From Octopus sinensis (Eukaryota), in contig NC_043012.1 of assembly GCF_006345805.1 (NCBI RefSeq), forward strand, positions 13,950,001 through 14,014,000: a stretch of DNA of 64,000 nucleotides, written 5' to 3'. The position numbers were made by a program, and so were the translations under genes. The notes beneath the pieces were generated by a model. That model was not told where the DNA came from and made no database searches. It worked only from the letters and a program-made list of their open reading frames with translations. Position 1 is the stretch's first letter. Every line of letters starts with the position of its first letter. Below are positions 41,306 to 55,580 of this stretch, one piece after another.

Positions 41306-41580
41306 GTGGAGGCACATGGCCTAGTGGTTAGAGCAGCGGAAATCGCGGGTACGAATCTCAGACCGGGCGATATGTGTGTATATGAGCGCAAAAACCTAAG
41401 CTCCACGCGGTACCGGCAGAAGGTAATGGCAAAATTCTGCTGACTCTTTTGCCACAACTTTCTCTCAGTCTTTCCTCACCTGCGACGGACCGGCGTCCCA
41501 TTCAGGTGGGAAACCTACACGCCAAGGAAACCGGAAAACCGGCCCTTATGAGCCAGACATGGCTCGAGAAGGAACAAACA
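41306..41580 (+). mobile_element. tRNA-derived SINE family C with 12-bp TSD attgatctatag
   Basis: A-box tggcctagtgg and B-box-like ggtacgaatct. TSD at 41294-41305 and 41581-41592. Confidence 0.88.
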
Positions 41581-42734
41581 ATTGATCTATAGAGTTAATG
41601 ATTTTCCTCCCACTTATTTTCACGAAAATCATGTTTTCAAACTTATTGATATTCAAAGGGGATCTAAAACGTGTTTTACATCATTCATAATCAGTGATAT
41701 TTTTATTTTCATTTAGGGTTTTTACTCTTTGTAGAAATATCAAATTAGATAATCAACACATAGCTTGATATATCAATGAGCGTTTCTTCAACATATGATG
41801 GATCAACAATATATCAATTAGGTGGAAGTGTTTTTGTTGATGGATTTCTTTTTCTCTATATACTTACTGCTTGAATTGGAGTAAGCGCTAGATGACACCG
41901 AAACAAAAGTTGATTCTTCATTCTTTTGATTGATTACAAGATTAATCCTTCTTACGATGCCATACATGTTTCCAATTCTCTTGACAAACGTAGGTGGAAG
42001 TAATATTTTCCACCTTGTATTATTTTTTCTTTACTAATGATGATGGATGAAAATAATACGACAGGGAGATTGGAATTCAGATTGTTGAATGAGAAAACTA
42101 AATGCAGTAAAGCATTTCATCGTGAGCTTTGCCCGATTAATTCCAGCTGATCACACTAAGAGTAGTTTTATTTCTAAATTTGAGGACTTCTTTGAGGATG
42201 TTATTAAACTGTATCCGGTAGTGGGGCTCTTGTTCGAGTATTCTAGGGTCTTGAGGAGTGTGGGAATACCTATTAGCCATTTTTGTTCCCAGGTCTACCC
42301 TGACCCAAGGCTGTAGTACCTATTGGGGTCCCATCTTTGCGGTAAATAACATATAACCACCCGAGACATAATACGTTGATATAATGAGCTACAGCATGGT
42401 AGAAGTATTTCGGCAGATTAACTTTTTGACTCAATGAGAAATACTACTATATGCTCAGCAGATGAACAGTCAACAAACGGACGTCAGCGAGGATCAACAG
42501 TTCAGTTAGTGCCCTATTTATATTATCTGCAATCGTAGTTGGCGCAGATGAGATATATTAGCGAGCGAAAACGCCTATGTGACAGGCCAAGCATGCATGT
42601 CTCACCGCTTGATCGTACGAGCGAGTCGCTAGAACGAATGATGATGATTAAACGTGAAATATAGAATTCTGTTACTTACACACAACCAGAAATGTTGCTG
42701 CGTTATATGAAATTGAATACTGATAATTAACTTG

Positions 42735-42955
42735 AACCTATTTCATTTGATCACGAATGTTGGTTCCAAATATTGGCACAAGGCCAACAACCTCTGGGAA
42801 AAAGGGTAAGTCGATTACATCGACCCCAGTTCTCAATTTCATCGACTCCGAAAGGATGAGAGGTAAAGTCGACCTCGGTGGATTATTGAGCTCAAAACGT
42901 AAAGACGTGCGAACTTGGCGTGCTAACGACGATTCTGCCAGCTCACCGATTTCTT
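42735..42955 (-). mobile_element. Old SINE family A relative
   Basis: aagtcgattacatcgaccccagt...gtcgacctcgg...gattctgccagctc. Confidence 0.75.
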
Positions 42956-43762
42956 CGATCCTAGGATATTAAAAAACGGAGTTAACTTTGATATTATTTT
43001 GAATCAGAACCAACAGACGTTGAACTAAATAGTCTATTTAAAGTTCCCAGTGTTGATATTATTTTTATATTCATTGATGAGTTTGAAAATATTAAACATA
43101 AATAACGTAGGAAGATAAAAACTTAATATTCATGTACCATCAAAAGATTTATAGTTTGTGAGTGATTTTATGTTTTTCTACATCCTAACTTTTCCAAAGG
43201 ATATTTTTGGCTTCGGTTTGGAAAATAGAAGAAGGAAATAAGAAAGAATAAATGGTTTGAGGAATACCTTAGAATAAAAACGATAGCGAAAGAATTAATA
43301 AGAAAAGCGATAGAATATTAGGCTTTTATATAAAATGTGCTTCTATTTATGAAGAATAAATGAGTCAAGAAAAATAAAGTCCCACAATAAAAATGAATAT
43401 ATTAAACAAGATACAAAAGGGAATATGAAGTGTTGCTATGGAGTTTAATCTCGAATAAATTTCTTAGTATATTTAGCAGCAAATATGTGTGCTCTAAACA
43501 AATAGTTTAATATTCTACAATAGGAGATACGTGACATGTTTTCAATAGAGCAACTTACGCCATTGATAAGTTTATGAAAGTCGTTCAACTTTATTTTACA
43601 CTGGACGAGTATCAGACATGTTTTATGTGCCATTAATTCATAATTACGATTTCTAAATATGGTATTCATACATTGTATGGAATCGATCCTGTTATTTGAA
43701 TTGTACTCATTTTCTAGGTGCTGGATGAATCAATCAAATTCAAATGAATCACATTCAACCCC

Positions 43763-43816
<54 letters not shown>

Positions 43817-44414
43817 TATGTGTGTGTTATGTGTAAGCAAACATCTATATATATTTATGTATATAAGCAGTTTTATATATATATATACATACATACATAC
43901 ATGCATACATATACAAGTAAATGCCAGGTCACTGTTAGTGCTACTAGGCTACTGGTAACATGAAATCCAGTATAGCCTGTCGTATGAGCAGGCTATCGAC
44001 GACTAGACTGACGATCCTGCCAAGCTTGCTGGTTAAGGAAGATAGTTTTTTTGTTGATGGTATTTACTGAGCTAGATATCAGTCTCTTAAATCCGAAACG
44101 ATTCAACGTACTCACTTCTGTTAAATTGTTGTGAGAAATCTTGACTTTTGTGTGTATTTCATTGACAATGCTCTAATTAATTGTATATAATTAAACTCCA
44201 TTCGTAACCCATCTCGTCTGTAAATTGGCGTTGATTTCTACTTAATATATTTGAGCCGTTTGTGAATCTGTAACATATTAGCATACAAAATATCAAATTT
44301 TGAAGTACGATGGCGCTACAAAATTTGCCTTTCAGAAACTAATTTTTTTTTAAATGCTCCCGTTCCGGCAATTGTGTTAACCGCAGTTCAAATTTGATCG
44401 GGTAAATATTTAAC

Positions 44415-44875
44415 CAGGAGTGGCTGTGTGGCTGTGTGGTAAGTAGCTTGCTAACCAACCACATGGTTTCGGGTTCAGTCCCACTGCGTGGCGCTTTGGG
44501 CAAGTGTCTTCTATTATAGCCTCGGGCCGACCAATGCCTTGTGAGTGGATTTGGTAGACGGAAACTGAAAGAAGCCTGTCGTATATATATATATATATAT
44601 GTATGTGTATGTGTGTGTGTGTGTGTGTGTGTGCGTGAGTGTTTGTGTGTCTGTTTTTCTCACCCTAGCATTGCTTGACAACCGATGCTGGTGTGTTTAA
44701 GTCCCCGTCACTTAGCGGTTCGGCAAAAAGAGACCGATAGAATAAGTACTGGGCTTACAAAGAATACGTCCCAGTGTCGAGTTGCTCGAATAAAGGCGGT
44801 GCTCCAGCATGGCCGCAGTCAAATGACTGAAACAAGTAAAAGAGTAAAAGAGAAAAAAAATAAAAGAGAGAAACC
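44415..44875 (+). mobile_element. SINE family B, full length
   Basis: Head (with gctgtgtg duplicated) and tail both match other copies. Confidence 0.9.
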
Positions 44876-46426
44876 AAAGTGATGGAACGTCAATGGCTTT
44901 CCAGCTGTAATTATTCCTTTATGTTATATACCTAGAAACAAATTGATACATCTCCGTTAGTTTTGACGATGGTGATTCAGTCATTCCATCCCCCGAATCA
45001 CATTGAAACAATATCTGAGGAGCAAAACATTTCACAGACACCGTTAAAGGTAATCTTGGGGGTGAATCTGCGTGACAGGATATGACGAGTCTGAATCTTT
45101 GAATTAAAGATAAATTACATCAGACGGGACATCCCTCTGTTTTTCTCTACTCAATATCCATCACAAGCTTCGATCGATTCCAGGATATATAAAAAATATA
45201 TTCCACCAATCCAATGAATTTGGACATACCATCTTGTGATAGCAAAGTCTGATTCGCCATAAAATGATTATTTGTTTATCCATATTGACAGTGTCCGATG
45301 TGGTGTTTCTTTTTAAGAGAGTATCGCTGGTTATGAGCTAGATTAAGCACCTGCATCTAACAGATCGCTAAGAGAATCTATATTTACGGTGTTTAACGAG
45401 AATAGTTTACAGTCGATATCTTTCATGTATTCATCAAACTAAATCATGTAAACTCAGTTTTATAATCGTTCTGGCTCATGTTTAGTTTGCTTTAATATTC
45501 AACTTCGACATTAAATTAATCTGCGTGTTAGTTGTATACAATATGCATAAAACGTCGTCCAAACAGAATTATATTACTGCAGTAATTTTGTAACATAAAT
45601 GTTAACCATTCTCAGCTACAGAGTAATATAAAGCCGGAATCTTTACGTCTCGTTCTTGTTCCATATTTTTCTCTTGTTATATAATTGTTTTTTGGTTTTT
45701 TTTTGCTTTTGGAAATAACCAATGTTGTTAAGAATCAGTGATCTTTGCATGTGAAATGTACATATTTTCTGATAGATATTATTAAAATGATAAATTTTCT
45801 ATCGCATACTCTCATGACATTCGTAAGTGTTTCCGGCTGGCCACAAAAATGATCAATAAAATAAATTGGTCTTCTAAAAATACTTTAGGTGCTTAGGATA
45901 TGATGGCTTAAATAACATTTTTTGTACAAGTAATAAAAATACAAAACCAAACAACGACCGTCTTTACTTTTCCCTTCTTTTTACTACATTTCAGATAGTC
46001 AAGTTTAGTAGCCAATGCTGCCTTTCCTTAATGTAAACCAATACCTGCAAATTAAACTTCACTGCTGCTTTTTTGCACGCAATTCACCGTATCATTTTGC
46101 ACAATATCCCAATCCGCAATATATTAGTAGGAAGAAAAACTACAGTTTTCTAATAATAATAAAAAAAAAACGACATATATACTTGTCGAATTTATACAGG
46201 AAATTTCGATATTTTCATGCCATTAAAACAGTTTCTATTCCGCTTATATTTGTCAATTGATACATAAAACATGATACAAATACGAAAACTACATGATCCG
46301 TTATTTATTTATTTATTCAGTGGATAATTATATACATCATGTTTTTTCTAGAAAAGATAGTTTCGAAACTTACTCCCTCTACGATACGTTAAATATAGCA
46401 GTAAATTCGTTGTAGATCACCATCAA

Positions 46427-46454
<28 letters not shown>

Positions 46455-46509
<55 letters not shown>

Positions 46510-47890
46510 ATATACATATATATACATATATAACATGCATATATATGTATATATATATATATACACACATATACACATAGACACAAACACACACACATTC
46601 ACACACAAATACATATATATATACAAAGTAAGATAGGGGTTATGAGTGTAACCCACTACGGGATACTATTTATCCAATATACTGTTGGTAAATTACCCAG
46701 CTTCTTAATACATAAATGTTTTTAATTGCAATGCAATTAACTCATTTATTGTATTAAACGGGTGAAGGTAAAGAAATATTTTTACCGTAAATTTATAATA
46801 CAAATAAGAAAATGGGGAATATTTTATATATATTAAATAATACGTGTATCTTGTTTAATGTATTACTATTAATACTTTTAAAGTTCCTTATAAACCTCTG
46901 ACGAGGCCTATGGTTACATACATAAGTACTCTATTTTTAAATGCCTACAACTTCGTTATGATGACAACTATGGGGACAAAGGGGTTCATAGGACTGTAAA
47001 AAAAGAAGTGTTCAAATGAAATTGAGACAGAGAAATAAAAACTTTGATTATAGAAAAAACATCAATTCGAGTCAACAACTTTATATAACAGCACGCCTCC
47101 ATACATTTGATCATATATAAATATTAGCATGGCCTTCAACTTATAAAAAGAATTATATATAATATATATATGTGTGTGTGTGTGGTGTGTGTGTGTGTGT
47201 GTGTGTGGTGTGTGTATGTATGTATATATACATATATATACATATATAACATGCATATATATGTATATATATATATATACACACATATACACATAGACAC
47301 AAACACACACACATTCACACACAAATACATATATATATACAAAGTAAGATAGGGGTTATGAGTGTAACCCACTACGGGATACTATTTATCCAATATACTG
47401 TTGGTAAATTACCCAGCTTCTTAATACATAAATGTTTTTAATTGCAATGCAATTAACTCATTTATTGTATTAAACGGGTGAAGGTAAAGAAATATTTTTA
47501 CCGTAAATTTATAATACAAATAAGAAAATGGGGAATATTTTATATATATTAAATAATACGTGTATCTTGTTTAATGTATTACTATTAATACTTTTAAAGT
47601 TCCTTATAAACCTCTGACGAGGCCTATGGTTACATACATAAGTACTCTATTTTTAAATGCCTACAACTTCGTTATGATGACAACTATGGGGACAAAGGGG
47701 TTCATAGGACTGTAAAAAAAGAAGTGTTCAAATGAAATTGAGACAGAGAAATAAAAACTTTGATTATAGAAAAAACATCAAATTCGAGTCAACAACTTTA
47801 TATAACAGCACGCCTCCATACATTTGATCATATATAAATATTAGCATGGCCTTCAACTTATAAAAAGAATTATATATATATATATATATA
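46455..47890 (+). repeat. Near-identical tandem duplication with a period of about 716 bp
   Basis: aaagtaagataggggtt occurs at 46625 and 47341. The non-microsatellite parts are identical except for a 1-nt indel (catcaattcg versus catcaaattcg). Confidence 0.92.
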
Positions 47891-47914
47891 CATATATTTT
47901 ACCATCTCTGTCTT

Positions 47915-47968
<54 letters not shown>

Positions 47969-48000
47969 TGTGTGTGTATGTGTGTGCGTGTGTGTGTAAG

Positions 48001-48155
48001 CTCGTAACTTATTGGTTCAGAAAAAGGGAAAGGTAAAATAAGTACTAAACCTTAAAAAATAAGTCCTGGGATCGATTCATTCGACTAAAACCACCCTTCA
48101 AGACAGCGCTCCAGTATGTGTGCAGTCGACTGAAAAAGTAAAAGAATAAAGAAAA
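48001..48155 (+). mobile_element. SINE family B tail, diverged
   Basis: aataagtcctgggatcgattcattcgactaaaa...gactgaaaaagtaaaagaataaag. Confidence 0.75.
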
Positions 48156-48176
48156 TTATACGTGTGTTTGTGTTTC

Positions 48177-48284
<108 letters not shown>

Positions 48285-48751
48285 GTTATTATAATAGTTA
48301 TAAAGTACCACATTAGATGTATATAGACACTTCTCATTAATCAGGTTTCTGTGCACTTTTTCGTACAGCTTCGTAATCGTTCACTTGCTTGATGGATAAC
48401 GCAATTAGAAGTTTACGAATAAGTTGTTGAAATACATGTCAATGTAAGAAGCCTCGCAAATTTTATAGGTTTCAGATATTTATGGAAGCAATTAAGAAGA
48501 TTGAAACTTTACTTTTACGGCATTGTATTAAAGTTAATTTCGCTTGATAGTAATGTTATCATTGAACGAGCTATATTTCTCATAAGAGTGGTTACGCAAT
48601 TCGCATTGCAGCCAAGAGTATCCAAGTCCAATGCGCGATAACATTCGCAATGCACAGTAACATTCTACTATAGCGCCATGAGAGAATTTCGTAGATATTA
48701 ACTATGTGGAAGCCCTTCGCATGCACATAGATATATAAACACACACACACA

Positions 48752-48792
<41 letters not shown>

Positions 48793-48793
48793 C

Positions 48794-49163
48794 GCGGTCA
48801 CAACGCCCCCCGTCCAATGGGCGGTGCTGAGTTGTCAAACATTTAAACAAAATTTTCTCAAACCAACTTGTCCGACCGTCCCATATGCCTCCCCTTTAAG
48901 AAACACTGATTTAACCTAAATTTGAGACACCAGCAAAAGAAGAAATAAAGATAGACTTTCTTTCTATTCCAAAGAAAAACGATTTCCCACGGCTTTATCG
49001 ATTGCATTCTCACCTGGAATCGACTTTTGTAATTTTTTCAAGACTTATACACGCCCTGATACCGTCGGTATCTACATATCAAATTTGAGCGCAATCGGAA
49101 GGAGGATGCCCGAGATCCTAGAAGACGCACAGACAGACAGACAGAACGGATTTTATACAATAG
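48794..49163 (+). mobile_element. Helitron/HINE-like non-autonomous element
   Basis: Ends in atcaaatttgagcgcaatcgg...cacagacagacagacagaacggattttatacaatagat, a DINE-1/Lep1-like layout. Its first 190 bp recur inverted at 53155-53350. Confidence 0.6.
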
Positions 49164-49189
49164 ATATATATTCGTGTGTTTGTGTATGT

Positions 49190-49395
49190 ATATGTGTATA
49201 TTTCTTGTTTGTGTTTGTCAACTCGCACCACCATTTAGTTTGTTTACACCCCCATAAATCAGTGGTTCGCCAAAAGATTTCAACAGAATAAATACCAATT
49301 CCTGGTGCGAAATTAGTGCGATTAAACCATTGAAGACAGTGACCAGCAGGGTTGCACCCAATGACTGAAACATGTAACAGAGAAAGAAAGAAAAG
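49190..49395 (+). mobile_element. SINE family B 3' half, strongly diverged
   Basis: cagaataaatacc...caatgactgaaacatgtaacagag. Confidence 0.6.
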
Positions 49396-50343
49396 ATATG
49401 TGTGAGTGTGTATGAATTTCATACACGAACTTCTGTTTGTTTATTATATGACAATAATTAATGAGCTCTATATGGTATTTTATATATCAATACAGTAAAG
49501 ACAATTATATTATACATTTCATTTAAATAGGTAATTTAGAAATTCTGAATGCAATGATAGTAATGGCAAATAAGGTTATTGAAGAATTCATGCTGCATTA
49601 AGAGTGGGTATTTCTTTATAAACAATAATTTTCGTTTTATTTCGGTGTGCATAGGCAAAACGATTTGCGTTAGGCACCATAAGTGATGCTTCTTCATAAA
49701 TTTGGCCATGTAAAATGCATGGTTCTTAAAAACATGTAAAAATTGAAGAAGGAGAATTGAACGATTTAGTTTCAACGTGAATGAAGGTAAAAAATAGCTA
49801 TATCAAATGGAAGAATGCAGGTGACTGTGCGATAGCACTGAAAAGGCCACAGGTCAAGAGGAAAACCGATTTGTCACGGTTTGTTTTGATATTTGAAAAG
49901 GGCGTATGGCCAAGGGGAAGTGCAAGATTCAGTTTCGAATCTGAACCAAGGTGAGACTATCCCTACAGATTTAGATTTACTCCTCCTGTATGTATGTATT
50001 TTATAAGAGGAAATATGTAATAATCGAAGTATAAAAAAGATCGGTGTCATACACATTAAGTCATTCAATTATTCATGTTGCATTAGGAGTGAATATTTCT
50101 TTATTAACAATGTTTTTTTGTTTTATTACGGTGTACATAAGCAAACGGACTTGTTTTTGCTTCCGCATGTGAATTTCCTACATGAGGTAGGTCATGTAAA
50201 AAGCATGGTTCTTCAAGTTGCAAGCCAGAACTTCGATTTTATATATACAGGAAAGCATAATAGCTCTTCTCCTAAACCATTTATTTTCATTTTACTGGAC
50301 AAAAGATCAGAGAGAACCTCTTTATATATATATATATATAATA

Positions 50344-50404
<61 letters not shown>

Positions 50405-50448
50405 ATTCGTGTTAGATTGACAGTATACAACCATTCTCTCTCTCTCCC

Positions 50449-50520
<72 letters not shown>

Positions 50521-51179
50521 ATATATACATATATAGTTTTCATATAAATAGAAGACTGCAATTCTTAGAGAGAGCAGTCCTATCAAATAACTATATTTTT
50601 TTGTTAGCTTTCATTGCAGTGAAATCTAATTTAATAGTCATTTTTAAGCGCACAATATTAACATCTCCATTTGGTATATGTCGTAAAATGCCTAAAAGTT
50701 AAAAATTAATTCAATAAACTTATGAATTTTATTTTCCGCTGCTATATTATCTACGAACTCGCTCATTTCATAGATATCCAGATATTCCCTTTGGTATTCA
50801 GCAAATAAGGAATATTGCGTGACTACTAATTTCTTATCAATCTTCGAAGTATAATGGAATTGTCTAGAATTTTTTTGCCAAAGTAACGAATTACTATTCA
50901 TCAATTTCACAAAGCGTCAGAAATAGAATGCATTTGTAATTTTTTTCCAAATCAAATGAATGCATCATTGGTTGATTAGACTTATTGACTGCTGAATATT
51001 ATATTCAAATTATATCCATTATACAATTCACTTGCATGCTATGCCGCGAGAATATATACTTCACTGACGCAAAATTCGACCTCCAACGGCATTCATCTGT
51101 AACTCCAAATCATATATGCAACTATGTATGTGTGTAACTATGCGTGTCTGCTTGTGTGCGTGTATGCATGTATATAATA

Positions 51180-51221
<42 letters not shown>

Positions 51222-51222
51222 A

Positions 51223-51258
<36 letters not shown>

Positions 51259-51304
51259 TGTATTTATGTATGTATGTATGTATGTATGTATGTATGTATG
51301 TATA

Positions 51305-52539
51305 TTGGGTTGGCAAGAAAGTAATTTCATTTTCGCAAATAGAGTTACGATTCATTTTATGACATTTGTGAATATTATGATTTTTTCCTTTTGCCATTTA
51401 ATAGTCGTTACTTTTAGCTTACTTTAGCGGCGAGGTGCGCGTAATTTTGTTTACAGCTGTTAGTTCAGTGTCAATTTTACCATGGAGTGCAAAACGAACA
51501 TTTTCGCCATATTTTACATTTTTATTTCCGTAACATTTACGATGATGATTGCTTAAGAGAACCCATATGTTTGAAATGGTTTTAAAAATTCTGTTCCGGA
51601 GATTTTGCACTCAAAGTTGGCCAACGTTCTGGTTGACCTACTGAAATTGATGATGACTAAATCAAAGCCATAATTGAGTCTGATTGTCATATAAGTTCTC
51701 GAGAGATTGCAGAAAGCTTATATGTATCACACACAAGAATTGAAAATCACTTAAAATGTCTTGGACTCGTTAAGGAACTCGATATTTGAGTTTCACATAA
51801 ATTGAAATAGATTCACTTCACACAACAAACCAATATTTGCGATATGAATATCAAGCACAATGAAATCTTTTTTGGAAACGAATCATCACTGGTGAAGAAA
51901 AATAGATTGTCTCCAATACCATCTATCGAAAACAATCATGGTCTAAGTGTAATAAACCATCACAAACCACATCTAAAGCTGAATTGCATCAATAAATGTC
52001 ATGCTGTCAACTTGGTGGGATTACAAAGGTGTTGTTTCTTTTGAGCTGCTTCCAAGAAACCAAACGATCAATACAGATGTTTATGGTCAACAACAAATAA
52101 AATGGAGGAAGCAATCAAAGAAAACGGCCAGAATTGGCAAATCGTAAAGGAATCGTGTTGCACCATGACAATGCTAGACCACTCACGAATATGTTAACTC
52201 TTGAATAATTATTGGAGCCTTTTTGGAAAGTGATGTCACATCAAATATATATCCCTGAACTTGCACTATCAGATTACCTTTTCCTTCGAAGTTTGCAAAA
52301 TTCTTTGAATGCTAAAACTATCATTAATGGTGATGACCTGAAATCGCGCTTGCTTCAGTTTTTGGCTGATAAGGACCAGAAATTCTATGAGCGCGGAGAC
52401 ATGAAGTTGCCAGAAAAATGGCAAAAGATCATCGAACAAAATGGAAAAATATATAATTGATTAAAGCTTATTCTTTGTATGAAAAATAAAGATTTTTATT
52501 TCACACTAAATAACCGAAAGTAGTTTGTTGCTAACCCAA
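51305..52539 (+). mobile_element. Full-length mariner, mellifera subfamily (Famar1/Ammar-like), decayed transposase from 51482
   Basis: TIRs ttgggttggcaagaaagtaatttc and gaaagtagtttgttgctaacccaa (4 mismatches) with TA TSDs. Protein fragments EHFRHIL, HHDNARP and LALSDYLFLRSLQNSLN...QKFYERG.MKLPEKWQKIIEQNG. Confidence 0.92.
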
Positions 52540-52574
52540 TACACACACACACACACGCACGCACACACACACAA

Positions 52575-52619
<45 letters not shown>

Positions 52620-52859
52620 CATAGAGTTGGCCAAAGGTCACCTGACAGTAAATCAAAACCCATCCAATTCCAAGATTTAAAAAAAACTCATTCGTTTTAA
52701 TAGACAAATATTGAAAGAAATGTTGGAAAGAAAAACGTTGATTTTAACTCACGCCATTTAATTATTAAACAATCATAATTGGAGTGAATATATATTGGAG
52801 CGAATTAAAAGTATTTATCGAATATTGATTTACTGTTGGGTGACATTTTAGCAATCCTG
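52620..52859. mobile_element. Tc1/mariner-type MITE of about 240 bp
   Basis: Imperfect TIRs of about 36 bp, gagttggccaaaggtcacctgacagtaaatcaa and ttgatttactgttgggtgacattttagcaatcctg, in TA context. Confidence 0.55.
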
Positions 52860-53154
52860 TATATATAAGTATGAAGAGACTGTTTGAATACAGATATTGT
52901 ATATTTTTTATGTGTGTGTGTGTGTGCGTGTGTATTTGTGTGTTTGAGCGTGTGAGTGTGTGCGTGTGCACGCATGTTCGAGCGCGCGTGTGTCTGTGTG
53001 TGAACGTTCATGCAGGTATATTATGTATGTATGTTTCTCTTATATTCTTTTTTTATTACCATCAGAGAAAAAATAAACCAGTTTCTTGTCTAGAAAGTCA
53101 ACAGCTTTATCATTGCTGGTGCTTTAAACTCTTTGGTTGCATATTTGTGTGAAT

Positions 53155-53350
53155 AAAATCGTTTTTCTTTGGAATAGAAAAAAAGTCTATCATTATTTCT
53201 TCTTTTGCTGGTGTCTCAAATTTAGGTTAAATCGGGGTTTCTCAAAGGCAAATCTTATGGGACGGTCGAACAAGTTGTTTTGAGAAAATTTGGTTTAAAT
53301 GTTTGACAACTCAGCACCCTCCATTTGACGGGGGGCGTTGTGACCGCGTG
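53155..53350 (-). mobile_element. Inverted partial copy of the 48794 element
   Basis: Reverse complement cgcggtcacaacgccccccgtc...ttctattccaaagaaaaacgattt matches 48794-48985. Confidence 0.85.
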
Positions 53351-53410
53351 TGTAGCGTTGTCAATTTTTATTCCTCTGTCTTCCCTTCTCTGGATCTTTC
53401 CTTCTCCTAT

Positions 53411-53445
53411 GTTTCCGACGAAGAGCTCCGCTCGAAACGTTAAAC
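53411..53445 (+). ncRNA. Minimal hammerhead-like motif with core substitution (CCGACGA), probably inactive, in a pLTR-like repeat at about 53350-53545
   Basis: guuu-CcGACGA-a gagc ucc gcuc-GAA-acgu-U-aaac. Confidence 0.55.
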
Positions 53446-53539
53446 CCTCCTTATTTCCTTCTTTCCTGAGCGTCCAATAATACTATATTTGTTCCACGTC
53501 CTCGCGTTGTTGTGTTTTTTTGTGCTTTCTTGTTTGGAT

Positions 53540-53579
<40 letters not shown>

Positions 53580-54534
53580 ATATTTGTTTTTAACAAGTGA
53601 GCAAATATTTCACACAATGGCATTCTAGCTGCGATATTTCCTTACATTGGGAATTACATTGTCCAATATATTGTTTTTTTTTTCAAAGATTATTCTTTGC
53701 GAGGATTTGGTTCTGATTTATAGCAGATTGTGTGACCTTGCAGAAGCTCAAATGTTTGTCTACACATCACATATATTTGTAATGGAAGTGGGAAAGAAGC
53801 CTTCTGACGTATACTTAATTGATACGGACGACAGAAAGCTTTGTTTAGCCGGTCTCAAATCACTGACCTCTGTGTTAGCAAGCCAACGCATTCAAATCAG
53901 CTGCAAATGAATAAATAGCAATAATTCAATTGGTTTTATATTTCGTTTATAGCGAAATCCTATATGCAAGAAGAGATTGAACATTCCAGTTTAATCTCTT
54001 TCTACTTTGTTAAAGGCATTAGCAACATAATAAAGAAAACGGATTCGTTTTAATCACAAATGGCAACACGGAAAGAAAATTTAGACGGATCGTCATCTGA
54101 AACTAATTCACTCCGTATTCATTGCTTGTTTCCCGATGAATTGAATAAACAGAACACAATATTAATGCTCTTGTTCTATAAACATATTACCAATTCTCTA
54201 CCACAAACTATCTTTATTGACATTGATTTGTGCAGGTGACGACAGCTTTCAAATAACTGCCCAGCAAATCAATAAACGATTAAAGCAATTGCTCTTCATT
54301 TACGCCTTCTTAACTATTTTCTTTCTTATAAATATATAATCCTTTCTGTGTATGAAACCTTGCTACAGATAACGGGATTAGAGCTTATATTGTGTGTTGT
54401 GTTCTTCTTTTACAAAGAATAGAAAAGTTCGGCTTTATTTTAAATCAGATCGAATCGGTATATAAAGGCCGTTCTTGATTCGTGACTATGTTTTCATACG
54501 TGGTAAATAGTGATTTTAATGAATTTCAGTATAT

Positions 54535-54755
54535 TATTGGTTTCACATTTTGACACAGGGCCAGTAATATCGGAAGAACGTTTAAGTCGATTACGTCGAC
54601 CTCAGTGCTCAACTGGTACTTATATTATCGACCCCGAAAGGATGAAATCCATATCCGACCTCTGCGGAATTTGAATTCAGAACGTACCGACGGATGAAAA
54701 GCCGCCAAGAATTCTCCCGTGTGTGCTAACGATTCTGCCAGCTCGTCGCCTTAAT
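54535..54755 (-). mobile_element. Old SINE family A relative
   Basis: aagtcgattacgtcgacctcagtg...gctaacgattctgccagctcgtcgcctt. Confidence 0.78.
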
Positions 54756-55398
54756 TTCAATATACTATTGAGACTTATTTAATAAGTTCTGGGAAGTGAA
54801 AATATGTCGTCGTGTGTTAGTTTGTGAAACTGTTTGAAATTCAAACAGAAAATGTGAAGAAGGCTACCACTATTGTCATAAAGCATTAACCGAGAATATT
54901 TCGCCAGCAGTCATCATTTTCTTACACATATGACTTATGAATAGTTGTTGCAATCATAAGCAAAAAGTGCGCATAACACTATTGGTTGTCGCACGACATT
55001 TTACTATCAACACCTACGGAAAATATATTTTCCTGTTATGAATTCTGTCTGCTATTCGTAACACGTTAAGGCAACAGTGCAGACATTATCAATGGTTGTT
55101 CATATAACACATTGCTGTACACTACATTATACAGGCCATAGTGTCTCCAGATAATAGAATTCTATGTCGTCGAGCTGACGAGGAAAGCTCTACTCAGACA
55201 ATCCACCTGTTAAATATAGCAGAGATATTTCTATGGAATCATGTCCTACATTTTTGGTAAAGACGATATAATGTATCAGACTATAGAGTGTTAGATATAC
55301 GAATGTACAACACGGCTGGAATACTTTTGCTCTGGGTCAGTGTCTTTTTCTCTCTCTCTATCTCTCTCTTTTTGTGTAAATATATTATATACTCACCG

Positions 55399-55446
<48 letters not shown>

Positions 55447-55453
55447 TATATAT

Positions 55454-55490
<37 letters not shown>

Positions 55491-55495
55491 CATAT

Positions 55496-55580
<85 letters not shown>

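Noticed and set aside
44005-44050. ctgacgatcct...aagga hammerhead-like start with a neighbouring atagcctg/caggctat hairpin
   Set aside because: GAAA and the cleavage triplet are missing. At best it is a heavily decayed relic.
46893-46925. ctctgacgaggcctatggtt (also at about 47613), resembling a hammerhead 5' half
   Set aside because: There is no GAAA, stem III or stem I partner downstream.
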